Source: Phoronis australis
Taxonomy: Eukaryota > Animalia > Phoronida
Assembly (NCBI GenBank): GCA_002633005.1
Contig: NMRA01000247.1
Coordinates: forward strand, 1-64,000
Direction: 5' to 3'
Length of the DNA: 64,000 bases
The position numbers and the translations under genes were made by a program. The notes below the pieces were generated by a model. That model saw only the letters and a list, made by a program, of their open reading frames with translations. It made no database searches and was not told where the DNA came from. This document shows, one piece after another, positions 36,120-49,400 of this stretch (position 1 is the first letter of the stretch; each line of letters begins with the position of its first letter).

Positions 36120-38774
36120 GTCACTGGGCAAAAGCATTACTCAGTAAGCAAACATCCATTAACCAGATCGACTCTTAATCTGAACCTAAACCATTTCTCG
36201 GTGAGATTTCCAATCTTTATAACTTTTGGGAAGTCGAGCTCGCGGTGAACAGACATCTACTTAAGTTCAAATTGGGCAGTGGTTCGAGAGCTACGGTGCT
36301 CAACAGTAAGTTACCGTTCTTAAATGACATTTCGCTAGACTGCATTGACGGTATAACATTCAAAGGTCCGGGATCGACACCACTGACTATGGCAGGTCAA
36401 ATTACTAATGCTGAATTGTCACTTTGCGACAAATCAGTGACCGAAACGGTTTACCTCACAGAGAACCAGAAGTACAACTTACTCAGCAAACGCTCGTGCA
36501 ATCTTCTGGGCTTACTCACTCCATCAGCCGAGGTACATAACATGACCACAAAATTTCACCAGATTTGCGTTCGCAATATCTAATTACTCTTCCATGGTCT
36601 CAGAAATTTCGGCCGTCTGTACTATATCATATTAAAGGAAGATGCTGAATTAACCAATCTTTTTGTTCACTCTTCGCTGTGTCGCACAACCATTAATTGG
36701 CAAGATGAAAGTGGAACTTGGAACTCATGGTTGATCTTGGAGTCATCTCACCCATAACAGAACCGACCGATTGGTGTGTGGGTCTCATACCGGTGTCGAA
36801 CCCAACGGGTCTCTACGCATTTGTGTTGATTTATCGGTCCTCAATAAAGCCGTGAAACAAGAAATAGACCCTATGGCTTCTGTCCAAGACAGTCTCAACC
36901 AACTCAGTGTTGCGAAACCGGTCATCTTCTCAAAGCTTGATACCAATTCAGGGTTTTGGCACAGATCACTCGATGAAACCTCAAATCTTCTGACAACACT
37001 CATTTTGCCTGTTGGTCACTTTTGTTTCAATCGCTTACCTTTCGGCATAACATCTGCAAGCGAATTAAGTCTTCCAATGCAGGATATCACAAATCCTCGA
37101 AGGCTGTGACGGAGTCGTCTGTCATATATGGACGACATGTTGATCTACGGTTCAAACTCAGATGAACATGATGATCGCAGAGTACACGCAGTATTCCGGA
37201 ACCTTGAAACTGCTGGATTGACTCTGAATGACTAATTTGAGTTACAGAAACGATAAGTAAAATTGCTCGGTCACGTCATGGATGAACACGGCATCAGTGC
37301 AGATCCAGCAAAAATCAAGGCTATTCGTGAGCTCGTGGAACCAGAATTGGTTCATGATGAGCAGTTTCAGTGGAATGGTTAACCAACTGGGAAAGTCTGT
37401 ATCCAAGCTTGCAGTGATCAATGAACCCCTCAGACAGCTTCTGTGCAAAGACTCCGCTTGGTACCGGGGTCCAGACAAGCACAGTACATTTGATCAGATA
37501 AAAGCAATAACTTCTGGAAATTCTTGCACGCTACGATTTATCCTATTAGATTATAGTAGCATCGGACGAATCAAATAAGGGAGTTGGGGCTGTGCTCCTA
37601 CAAATCCACCTCGATGGTCAACGACGACCAATCTGATACATATCGCGATCACTTTTAGGGAATCCAGATCTGTAGACATGGAGAAAGAGGCTCTTGCGGT
37701 GACATGAGCCTGTGAACAGCTCCACAGCTACGTCTTAGGCAGAGAATTCACGGTGGAGACTGACAACAAACCCCTCATCCCTCTGCTGGGGGATAAAGAC
37801 ATTTCTAGATTACCTGTTCGTATACGGCACTTTCATCTTCAGCTTATGCGTTATAATCCAAGGATAACTCATGTTGCCGGTGTGGATCAGAACATTCCTG
37901 ACACTCTCTCAAGAGCACCGACTGGTACTCCGGTCCAAAACAATTTTCTGCTCAACGAGGAATCAAATGCTATGGCCAACTTCGCCTTAGATGCTCTACC
38001 GGCAACTAGTCAACGGCTAGGTCAGATAGTGGATGCTCAAAAGAATGATTCGTTATGCAGCAAAATCCATGCATATTGTCTGGATTGATGGCCTGCCTAC
38101 ATGCCACACTCACCCATCCTGTTTCCGTATTGGGAAAATTGACAACATTTAACAATTGTGAAAGGTCTACTTCTCTTTGACGATAGATTAGTTATACCAC
38201 TGGCCCTCCGCACGGAAATCTTGGGCCTGATACACAAAAGCGACCTGGGCATTACGAAATGTCGTGCTCGAGCTAGAGAATTAGTCTGGTGGCCAGGATT
38301 GTCAAAAGAGATCAAACGGACCGTCTCATCCTGTAAAATATGTGCAAAAATACGTCCGGAACCAAAAGCACCTCTCCTCTAATCATCTTTTCTGTGACGT
38401 CCATGGGAGAGAATGGGAATGGACATGTTTCATTTTGACGGCAAGGAACACTTGGTGGTAATCGATTATTATTCGAGATTGATCCAATACAGAATGCCAA
38501 ACACATTATTGAAGTTATAAGTGCTTTATAAGTGTCATTTTATCATCATTCTAGTTAAGACTGTCGTTCACAAATGTTTTCATTAGGACTTTAATCCTTA
38601 GTATTTATTATATCACTGAGAATCTCCAAAGGGGGATGTAATGTAATCTAGAACGGAAGTCGTTCTCCTGTGTCAGAAACAATATAGTTTGGTACTTCCT
38701 GTTAAGAACACACGAGTTGTCTTTTTCTTTATTCACTGGTATTTTATCCTGATTAGCTACGTATAAACATGACA
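36120..38774 (+). mobile_element. Decayed Ty3/Gypsy element (K02A2.6/Mag-like) with short 3' LTR
   Basis: Protease FKLGSGS; RT GSLRICVDL, FSKLDTNSGFW, FNRLPFGITSASE, YMDDMLIYG; RNase H EKEALAV, ETDNKPL; integrase H...LGITKC...WWPG...CKIC; PPT AAAGGGGGA then TGTAATGT...ACATGACA. Confidence 0.9.
38637..38774 (+). repeat. 3' LTR (~138 bp)
   Basis: Immediately follows the PPT; 7/8-bp inverted termini TGTAATGT / ACATGACA. Confidence 0.65.
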
Positions 38775-39795
38775 CTTAAGATGAAAGGCCAAACATCATT
38801 AAGCTTGGAAAAGAGTGACAGTTCATTTCACCGTTGTGTGGTCACGATGCAGGTAGTGACCTTCTTCAACATGAAAGCCGGTTGCACGATTTCACTAAAA
38901 TAGGAAAATAAAGGTATTCATTTCCAACATTGGGCCCTCTCTCTCTGAGTTGCCCCGTAAGATTTTTTCAAAAAAAATGGGGTGGCCACTTGAATGTCAT
39001 CAATGGCCTCCTTCAAGGGTGGGCCCCTATGAAAGTATCTATACTTTCAAAAATCAGGAAATGTGCAGCAATTGATGTTATCTGTTAGGTCATCAATTTT
39101 TCTCAAGTGATTCAAGAAAATATAAAGCAACAGTTGTCTCCGTCATCTCTTGCCAGACAGAGACCTCTGGAAAAATGTAGTTTTACATTTGCAAAATTGT
39201 TCTCTTGAATTTTCTCTCGTATCCATATTTCACAGTCTTTTTTCTCGATTGTCCCTGGCCCAAATCCTATGTTGGTTGCCATGGTTTAACCTTGACTCAT
39301 TGTCATGCGACGGATTGCTAGTTAGTCGGTTTGTGACAGTGGCGTTATATTTTTTTGAGTTCCACACAGTTGAAAAATATATAAACATATCGAGTCGCTG
39401 TCGCAATATTTGTCGCATTTTACTCACCGAAACGCATTGCAGAGACTATTTATTGTTTCAACGTGTGATTCCATAACTCTCCTGAAAATTTTTGGGTTTC
39501 TGGCGGACCCTTTGCAGATTGTAGTTTGTGTCTCTCATGGGTCATTCAGTGTTCAATGTGAAAAGATTCTTTTTTTAAATTAGTTTTGACTGGTACCTTG
39601 AATATATAATCTAGATCAAATGTTCAGTGGCTTACCTTGTTGATATTTTTGGGGGTATCTGGTGGGCTCAATACAGAGTGTATTTTGTCTGTCATAGGCC
39701 ACTTAGAGGTCAGTGGCATGTATTTATAGTTATGTGGTACCTCAAATGTATGAGTTAGCTCATTTCTGGGTATCTTCATGGGTTTCGGGTGGAGT

Positions 39796-40079
39796 CAAAG
39801 TCACAGTGCTGTGCATAGAGGGACTCTGTTGGAGGCCACCTATGTCTTTAATTCCTTCCAACTCGAACTAATACTCTCATAATAAACTTTCAAGCTGTCC
39901 TTCATTCAGTTGCCCTGTGGCGAGCAGTCCAGGAATAGCCAGATGCTGATTTGGACAACTGAATGAAAAAGTGTCTGCTTAGGGGAGTATTTGTTCAAGT
40001 TGAAAGGAATTAAATACATCTACAGCCTCATAAGGTGTCCCTCTGTATGCAAAACTTACTTAAAGCAATGTGACTTTGA
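39796..40079. mobile_element. Old foldback/MITE-like long imperfect palindrome
   Basis: TCAAAGTCACA.TGCT, TGCATA..GAGGGAC, ATGT.TTTAATTCCTT.CAACT.GAAC.AATACTC and TTCATTCAGTTG.CC are each mirrored by reverse complements. Confidence 0.7.
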
Positions 40080-40279
40080 TGGTTTAATAAGTGTGAAACA
40101 TAATCTGCGGACAAGCTTTGAGTGTGTGAATTAGACCTACTGCAAGTTGAGACAGTGGCATTGTTTAGCTTCAGAAATAACTTCCATGATGAAATTGTGA
40201 TTCTTAATAATGTTTTGTCTTCATCATACTAAGGAAGTATTTTGACAGGAAGTGGAGCTGAGCTTTATTTTTGGCAAGG

Positions 40280-40424
40280 ATGAATGAACGATGGAACCAC
40301 CACCAACTCTTTGACAGTGTGCTTGAAGCTAGAGACCGAATAAAAGATCATGTGAAGAACACATCCTTGGAACATTCACAGGCACTCAGTGAATTAGGAA
40401 ATGCAAATGTCTATCTAAAGCTAG
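40280..40424 (+). CDS. Dehydratase/racemase coding exon 1
   Basis: MNERWNHHQLFDSVLEARDRIKDHVKNTSLEHSQALSELGNANVYLKL, donor G|GTATTG; the upstream acceptor TTTGACAG| at 40248 implies an unlocated 5' UTR exon. Confidence 0.88.
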
Positions 40425-43400
40425 GTATTGATTAGAGAACACTTGTGCAACGGATACTGCCTTCCATCACATACATCAGTTGAGCTATGAATTTGGTCTG
40501 GAATTGTTTTATATTGGAGGAGATTTGAGGCTTTCTCCAGCTAGCACTGAAGTTTGTTATTGTTGGAGACCACTAAGACCAGGCATGCTCTAGTACGTGG
40601 CTTGTCAAGGCACGTCATTTCATCCACCAACCATAGTCAATAACAAACAGATCCATTTCAAAAACCCGGTTAGAAATCACTCTCATCTGAATAATGAACA
40701 TGTTGAGACCAATTTTATAGTGCTCAATGATCGAGTGGTCTTAAAATCAAAATTTCAATTCTTGTTAGGACAACGCTCTTACTAGTAGTCTCCTTAACCA
40801 TCCATGGAAAAATACCTTCCTGAATGTTTTAGTAGTTCTCAAAATCTGTCAAAATGTTTAAGCAAAAATTTTTTATAGATATTATTGGTGTTGTTATTTA
40901 ACATGATCTCGCCACTTTGATGAAGCCAAATGACAAAATTAGAATGACATTTTTCATTTTATTTAAAACTAGTGTCAGTAGTTGGTTTGCAATTATGAAT
41001 ATACGATCTCTGCGGATCAGCCTCACAGGCCTAAAAATGATGGTTTAGAGAGATTTTTTATGACTTGCGTATGATTTTTACTGTACGTAACTCAACAAAT
41101 TGTAAACAAAACCCAATTTTAAAAACGATTCATGGAGATGCCTTGTTTTGAGAATCAGATGTGTGTGGGAGAAATGAAAGTGGTGTTCTTTTGTTTCAGA
41201 AAATGAGCAGGACACCGGCTCGTTTAAATGCAGAGGAGCCTTCAACAAGATTCTAAACTGTGCCTCAGAAAACCCTGACTTTGTGACGAAGGGCATCACA
41301 TTGGCTTCCTCCGGTAACCATGCTCTGGGCTGTGTGAGTGGATCATTTTTGGCTTACAGCTTTTCGTAATTTTATTAATTGCTCGTCTGCTACTCCGGAA
41401 GTGACGTTTTAGGAGGTAAGCGTTTCCCGCCAATTGGTTTTGCGTTGAGTTTACCGTGTGAATCTGTTCTATTCTACTTTTGTTTTGAGCTGTTTTTCAA
41501 CAATTGTCGCCACCACTTTCCATCAGCTAGTACTCTGCGGCAAGATAGGTTAGTAGAGAACTCAACTACGTTGGATTTAGGAATTGTTTAGTGTGTTGTA
41601 AGCAGAAAATGGCTGGAGTCCGTGACCCGTATCACAGTGACAGTAGTGTGAGTGACGGAGACCTTGTTCACAGCAGTGGTGGCAAGGAATTTTTTCACGT
41701 ACATTCGGTGGGTGGGTACATGTTTGAGCCCGAGTACAACGAAGGCAGAGTACGCACAGGCACAGGCAGCTGTTGAGAGAAACGAGGCGGCTACTGAGGA
41801 CAGACGTGGTGACACATCTTGGTGCTAATGTACTGTGTGCATTGTTATGCCTACCTTAATGGAATGCTTGTGCTGTTCGACGAGGCCAAGCCACTACTGG
41901 ACACGGTTAAGTGGACCTCCGGCATACCACGGACAGAGGAACAAGTGTCCCACTTGCCAGAGTGTCCCGCGACACACTCCCACTGGATGGTGACCTGAGC
42001 ACCCAAACTGCTTACATCTGCTTATGTCGTGTGACTCCCTCACCACATACCTGGCACCTTCTAAATAGCTCCAACACTTTAGACAAGTCCACAATAAACT
42101 TATCAAAGTTTGGCTCACCGATCTGTTCACTGGACGACGAACTGTCCTCTTCACTGGGTGTCGAACTGGGCCTGTAATCACTCCCACTACTCAATATCGC
42201 TGCAGGGCTGGAGAAAACAGCACAGGGCGAATCACTTCTGGTGCCAGGAATGGCATGCTCTGGGGGTACGTTCGGAGGCACGGGTGACAGTAGATGAAGT
42301 GCCTCCACTGGCTCCAGTCGCTGTACTGGCCACAGCTCGCGAGGCTTCTCGCTTCAAAAACGCACTTCTCGGGGGTGGCGACGGGGCACTGCCGGGAATC
42401 AACACAGACGGAATGGCATCCTTCTTCAGGCGTTGTTTCGCAGGGACCTTCATCAGTTCAGCGTACAAAGCCCTTTCGTAATTGAATGGCAGAAAGTGTT
42501 TGCCACACACACGGTAATTCTCGACTGCTTTGTACGTTGCATGGACGAGTAACGCTGCGTTCTTCACACGAGCGAGCCAAGTACGGCGAAGTGTGTCATC
42601 CATCGGAAAGCGATGCAAAGGTACTCCCAAAGTGCGCGTGAGATGATAATTAGTACATCCCGGTACGCAGCAACAGTGTGGCATGTTGACTGACTAGTAA
42701 ATGAAAGCAAACGACGACGGAACTAAATACAACCAAGGTAGAACAATGACTGAGTCGGCAGCTCTCACAATCAGACTATATGAAAAGAAATTGGCGCGAA
42801 ATGCTTGCCTCCTAAAACGTCACTTTCGGAGTAGCGGACGAGTAATTAACAAAATTACGAAAAGCTGTAATTAAGTGGAAAATATGTCTAGGATAACCAA
42901 CCAACCTTATTTTAGCTCAAAATGACATGGGAAAAGGTTGCCTTCGCCTTTAATGTAAATAGAGTATTTTTAAGCATCCATTGCTAAAACATTAGAAATC
43001 TTTCGCGTAGAAAATTTGACATAGCATAAAGATGTAACTTGTTCCAGAAACTTCATATCCATTCTGTCTGTGATTAATTGTAAAGCCTCCCTGGCTTCCA
43101 ACTCAATACTCTGCATTGATTTGCAACATTACAGTTTACAGTTCTGTTAGTCAACTTTATCTCACTCTCAGAACGTAATGCACAACTGGCTGGCCATTTT
43201 ATGCCTTTTCTGTTGAAGACTTTGTGCTAACTTTCACTGTTCTAACGGTGCGTAAAAGCATTGTTTAAGGACCAGAGTCTGGTACAAAACAATGTACCTT
43301 GAGTTAATGTTAACCTGTATCTATCTGTGTAACTTTGTTAATTGTATTCTGCTGTAATTTAATGGATACTACTGTTGTTATCTTACTTTTATTGTCGTCA

Positions 43401-46400
43401 AGTTGTGGTAACTGCCATAAGTAGCTGCAAGACAGTCCTCATATTAAAATCACCCAAAGACATTTGCTCATTACAGATAATGCAAGATGTCAGGGTCGAA
43501 TTCGATAATGCTGATACTTCGTTAGAAAAGCAAATCTCTCAAGATTCCACGAGATCTTGCCATGTCTTCAGTGAGAACATATGAGTTTTGCTGGATTTCT
43601 CAACGCTAGACAGTCAATGAACCCTATCCTGTTTTAACAGTTGCCTGATCTCACTCCAAGTAAACGTTTTAAAACTGTTTGGCCATCACCTATCATCTTT
43701 GAGTTGGAATCTGGCAACTTTATTTCATTAGGCACCTTTGCTGTGGTATGAGCATACTGATTGACTAGACCCCCAATGGGAATACACAGCCACTTTGAAA
43801 GTGGCAAACCAATGTTTACACAGTCCAGCTCTCTTATTGGCTACATTCATCTGATAAGCTCACATAATCCAGCAATTATGTTGTAAACAGTGGGCTGAAG
43901 CTAACCCATATTGAAAAATACTATTTACAAAATGACTTTCAACAAAGGTCGTGAAGCAGTTGTGTTTTGTTTAAAGTACTTTCACCAAAAAATTTTGAAA
44001 GGAGAAAAAACGGTTGGCTTTCAGAGAAATTAGACCTAACTTTCACCTGTCAATTCCTTTATGTAGCTATGAGCTCTGACCAGCTTAACCACAGTATTGT
44101 ATTCCATTACCAAAGGCTTGCTTGACAAGTTTACTGGAGTGTGATTCTAGATTAGATCAAGATTGTGGAAAATTCTTGATTTTTACACTCCTGGAGAATG
44201 GTACATAATGGTTTAGAGAAATTGATAAAGGAATTCTCAATGCTTTTTTGTGAGTGTGTCTCATTCGTTTGGAATCCATGTCCAGGCAATCAAGCTAGTT
44301 AACAGTCAACATTGTCAAGCTAGTTAACAGTCAACATTGTCAAGCTAGTTAACAGTCAACAGTGTCAAGCTAGTTAACAGTCAACATTGTCAAGCTAGTT
44401 AACAGTCAACATTGTCAAGCTAGTTAACAGTCAACAGTGGCAAGCTAGTTAACAGTCAACAGTGTCAAGCTAGTTAACAGTCAACATTGTCAAGCTAGTT
44501 AACAGTCAACAGTGTCAAGCTAGTTAACAGTCAACATTGTCAAGCTAGTTAACAGTCAACAGTGTCAAGCTAGTTAACAGTCAACAGTGTCAAGCTAGTT
44601 AACAGTCAACATTGTCAAGCTAGTTAACAGTCAACAGTGTCAAGCTAGTTAACAGTCAACAGTGTCAAGCTAGTTAACAGTCAACATTGTCAAGCTAGTT
44701 AACAGTCAACAGTGTCAAGCTAGTTAACAGTCAACAGTGTCAAGCTAGTTAACAGTCAACATTGTCAAGCTAGTTAACAGTCAACAGTGTCAAGCTAGTT
44801 AACAGTCAACAGTGTCAAGCTAGTTAACAGTCAACATTGTCAAGCTAGTTAACAGTCAACAGTGTCAAGCTAGTTAACAGTCAACAGTGTCAAGCTAGTT
44901 AACAGTCAACATTGTCAAGCTAGTTAACAGTCAACAGTGTCAAGCTAGTTAACAGTCAACAGTGTCAAGCTAGTTAACAGTCAACATTGTCAAGCTAGTT
45001 AACAGTCAACAGTGTCAAGCTAGTTAACAGTCAACAGTGTCAAGCTAGTTAACAGTCAACATTGTCAAGCTAGTTAACAGTCAACAGTGTCAAGCTAGTT
45101 AACAGTCAACAGTGGCAAGCTAGTTAACAGTCAAGTGTCGTAGTTTTGCCAGGTTTGTACTATGCATGAAGGGATTCGGCCAAATAAGTCAAAAAGAGTT
45201 GCACAAGCGAAATTCTTTGTAGCGTTAGGCAGCAAAAATGGGATGTCAAACACTGGGAATATTAACTATTCCTATTGTGCAACATCATTTTTACTGTGTA
45301 TCAGAGCTTATACTAGCGACCATCTTTTTGGCCATGCCAGTAGGAAAGCGTCTTTCCCTAAATTACCCAAAGTTCATTTAGAGATCGTGTTTTCTTTATC
45401 TATAAGATGGGGGAAACATAAATTGTGAGTTTGAACCAGTATCGAGGAGCACTACACAAAAACTGAAAAAATCTTCACACAACATGTAAGCAATGGTTAA
45501 CGCAAAAAAACACATTCTTTGTCAAAACTTTGCATAGTTGTGCAATCAGGTCAATGTGGATAATTTCTGGGATCCCATTGTCCCACGCAAAGTCGACTTT
45601 ATTTCTATTTGAATCTGAACTCTGATACTGGGCTGTGTATAGTTTTAAGGTAATCGGTAAACCGTGTGTGCGCAGAATCTGCGAGTTGTTTGAGACAAAT
45701 CTTGTAGGCTTCAGTGGTATGGCAAACCTTCTCAGCAAAAACCTTGTGCTGCTCATTTTGCCAAGTTGTGTTTTAGTAACCTTATTTATTTACAGTTTAA
45801 TAACAGTATGTCTGTAATACCGAACTGGTGTCACCATGAAAATGGTCAGTTTTTAACACTAATTCTTGGATTTCACCGGCAACCAAGGCTCCGCCTTTCA
45901 TCATATTTTAACTCTTAAGTAATAATTCACCAATTTGTAGAGTTTTCGTTTATCAATCTAGGTGTACAAATTAATATCGGGTATTTTAAAATATTTGCAC
46001 TTAGTGTTATTGTCTACAGAACGACTATCATCAGGTTGCAGTCTTGCTTTCAATGTACCGCGTAACATGTCAAGCCAATTTAAATCTATCATATTGTTTT
46101 TATCAATAAACAGGTTTCAGTGAAAGATTCAACAGGTTACCATTTCCGGATATATTCGTTGTATAGTGGCCGTTTCTATTACAGATTACTATCACTCAAA
46201 ATAGGCTGTACTGTAAGACACCTTTTATTAGTTATTACACAAAATGACATCTTCATTACATCTTAGTGAGCAGCTGTATCACAGGCCCCTTTGAGTTCAC
46301 ATGGGTCTCAACATAATACTGAAGTGACCAATCGAGAGGCGCCCTAGTGGGTCTGCAAAACCAATTGTCGCTTACAGTTTCCACTATCATAAAATTTTGC

Positions 46401-49400
46401 AAATGGACTTCTATTAAGGAGAGCTCAACACCTCATTTTAGGGTGGATTTGATGTATTCTGTGCCACTCGGTGGTCATTTAAAACATTTTTAAGTACATT
46501 TTTGACATCTCCCTCTTCCTCCACCAAACCGCTTGCAGGATCATTTCTTTAAATTTGGAGATGTGTCCTGATGAGAACAGGCTGGTGTTCATTTTCGGAC
46601 ATGTTCTACAACTCTGCAAATATTTTCAACTATGTTCCAGCTCATGGCTTCAAAAGCAGTTGGGTGTAAGGCCAAAATTTTCCTGTCAACAGTTGTGGCC
46701 TCTTATAAGCTGGAGAAGCTGACAAAGAATGGTGGTGTATTGTACCATCATGGCATAGATTGTGTGGAGTCTGAGATAGAGGCTCGCAGAACTGCTCAGG
46801 TACCTAATGTAGAAGTTTGTGATACCGTAAACTTTTTTATGCTAGACTTTACTGAAAAACTTCACAAATGGTCAATTGAAAATTACATTCATTTTGGTAA
46901 ACTTTAAGGAAGATTTGGATTTGTTTTTAAGTGGTAATATTTTTGTGCTTGGTTTCTTCGTCGTGTCTTGCTTTAACTTCGTCAAAGCTTGGCAAATGTC
47001 AACAGTCATCTGATAGAAAACTTTTGTGGTCTGTTTTTATTGATTGTAAAATGTTGAAATTTGATCATTTCTTCAATGTTTGGTGTCATTTCCTATCAAA
47101 TGTTTTCTGCATTCTCTGATTTTGTGTCGGTTATCTGTGGTTTCTGGGCTCAGTGTTTCATGAAATGTCACTTTTAAGTAAAAAATTTGATTTTTTGAAA
47201 AAATAATGAAAACTCATGTGAGCAAAATATACACATATGTGTTAGTTTCTGAAATGATTTCTGTAAATTGTTTCTAGAGTGTGATGTGAATGTAATTACT
47301 CGGCTAAACCATTTTCAGCTATTTCTGAAACGTTTCCCTACTTATGTACTCAAGCTTGTGACATACCAATTTACTCTTCCTCCTTAACTTTCATCACAAC
47401 TGTCAAAATTATATCAAGTCTTCATTAATGTCCACCTCAGTACTCATCTTCAATTATGTCAAACAAAGTTCTGCAGTACAGTTGTGCCAAATATGTCAGA
47501 TTTCACCCTATTTGGATCAAATCTCTTATAGTTGAATATATTGCCAGTTATTCGTTAGTAGTTAGATTATTAGTATTATATCAGCTGTGCTTGTACATAA
47601 TACATATTTTTCAGCAAGAAGGTCTTACATATGTGTCTCCCTACAATGATTTGCTTGTAGTGGCTGGCCAGGGCACTATTGGGTATGATGCACTTACTTT
47701 ATTTCCTGCTTTAGTAAGATGTCTTCTTTATACAAAATGGCTGTGATGCTATCTTAGGGACATCAAGGACTGTAAACTGGACATGCTATTATGAAAATAG
47801 CAAAAAAAAGAAAAATTCTTGTTTTTTTGGTAACACCTATCCTTCACTTGCATGAAATTGCATACAGCCATTGAACAATTATAAATTTAAAGACTTGTGT
47901 TTTGCCAATCTAGTTATAAATTGTCTGAGTGACCCTGTTACCACTGTGCAACTGCTTTAATGTCATTTAGTTTATTTATTGTCGCCTGTGACGCTATCCT
48001 TCATGTTGTTCTGAAAATTTGACAAGGTGTGTTGTTAGTGTACTTTCAAGTAGAGGTCTTGCCTATGATTAGACAAATGAATGAAATCCTGATGGAGAGG
48101 CATTATTCTGTCTCCTCCAACACAATGAATTCAACGTTGTACAACTTTAGTCAAGTTTTCAACACTTCATATGGTCTAATGGTGTGAGGGTAATTTAATG
48201 GCTGTTGATTCAAAGCTGTATCTCGATTGAAAGTTTACACAAAATATTAATTTAACTTTGTGGTAAGTTTTTGACCCTAAACTATCATAAACATAGGGGT
48301 TTCCTCAAGTGGAAGGAAAAACTTAATGTTGTCAAGACCCAATCGAAGTGGAAATCAATCATTTATTCAACTGTTTTGGATACTGATGATGTCAGACTCA
48401 AATGGTTTTACATGAAAATTCTTCATGCCATTACTGCAACTGAGTAAAATTGGGGTTACAGACTCAAACATATGCATTTTCTGCAAAAAGGAACATCCAG
48501 AAACAACATCACATTAGTTTTTCCAGTGTCCATTTGTTAGAAAGTTCGGGGATGATTTATTAGGAATTATTATACAAATCACTAGAGTAGCTCTTAATAT
48601 AGATTTAAATGTTTTTACAGGAGAGGCAAATGCAGTAACACATCTGGTTCTTTTGGCTAATAGACATGTATATATTATTAAAACAGAGTGTAACCCTTCT
48701 TCTTTTGTTTACACGAAGGAATTTTGACAATATTTTGAACTAAAAACTAAGATTTATCAAGAACAATAGCCTATGTATAAAAAGATAGTCTGAGTATGAA
48801 TTATTATTATGGTAAATGGAGTTGTTCATTCATAGTTATTTGGTCTCCATTGTAAACCGTAGAGTAACATACTTTTGTGAATGGGTGTGAATGTTTTGGG
48901 CCTACATAAACAAAACCCAGTTCTCATGCTACCTCTATGTTTTGTATTTGTTGATGTGTTTAAAAAATGAAAATAAAAATAGCATAATTGATTCTGGTCT
49001 TTTTTGTATGAGCTGATGATGAAGAATTTTGGTTTAGTTGCCAATATTTCAAAAAGGAAAAGGACACTTGAATTCAGCTTGACTGAATCAAGATGATCCA
49101 TTTTTCTTAACAGCATCTTTTTATGCTAACTGGAATAGGTCAGGATCCTGTTTTCTTTTTGTTATTTTCAGCATCACCTAATGCCTTCCCAGCTGAAATG
49201 TCACCTAAGGTCAGCTTCAAGGGGCAGGTTTCAAACTATGTGCGGTGTAGACTACGAGGGATTTTTACATTTTTTAGCCTTACCTTTTAGGGCATTGTTG
49301 TGTCTTTGCTATCCATGCCAGTGGAGAGTAAATTACACAAATGACCCATCAAGAGAACCACATCTTGCTTCTGTTTTGACTTTCATTGACCCAACACTGA

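Larger units (their letters stand above)
41354..42949 (-). mobile_element. Internally deleted Kolobok DNA transposon in intron 2
   Basis: ~80-bp inverted repeat (41354-41437 vs 42789-42870); right terminus GCCT|TTAA; THAP-transposase start on minus and KolX-like gene on plus, convergent. The left terminal ~80 bp is missing. Confidence 0.8.

Noticed and set aside
44290-45134. Possible CRISPR repeat
   Set aside because: Pure head-to-tail tandem repeat with no spacers.
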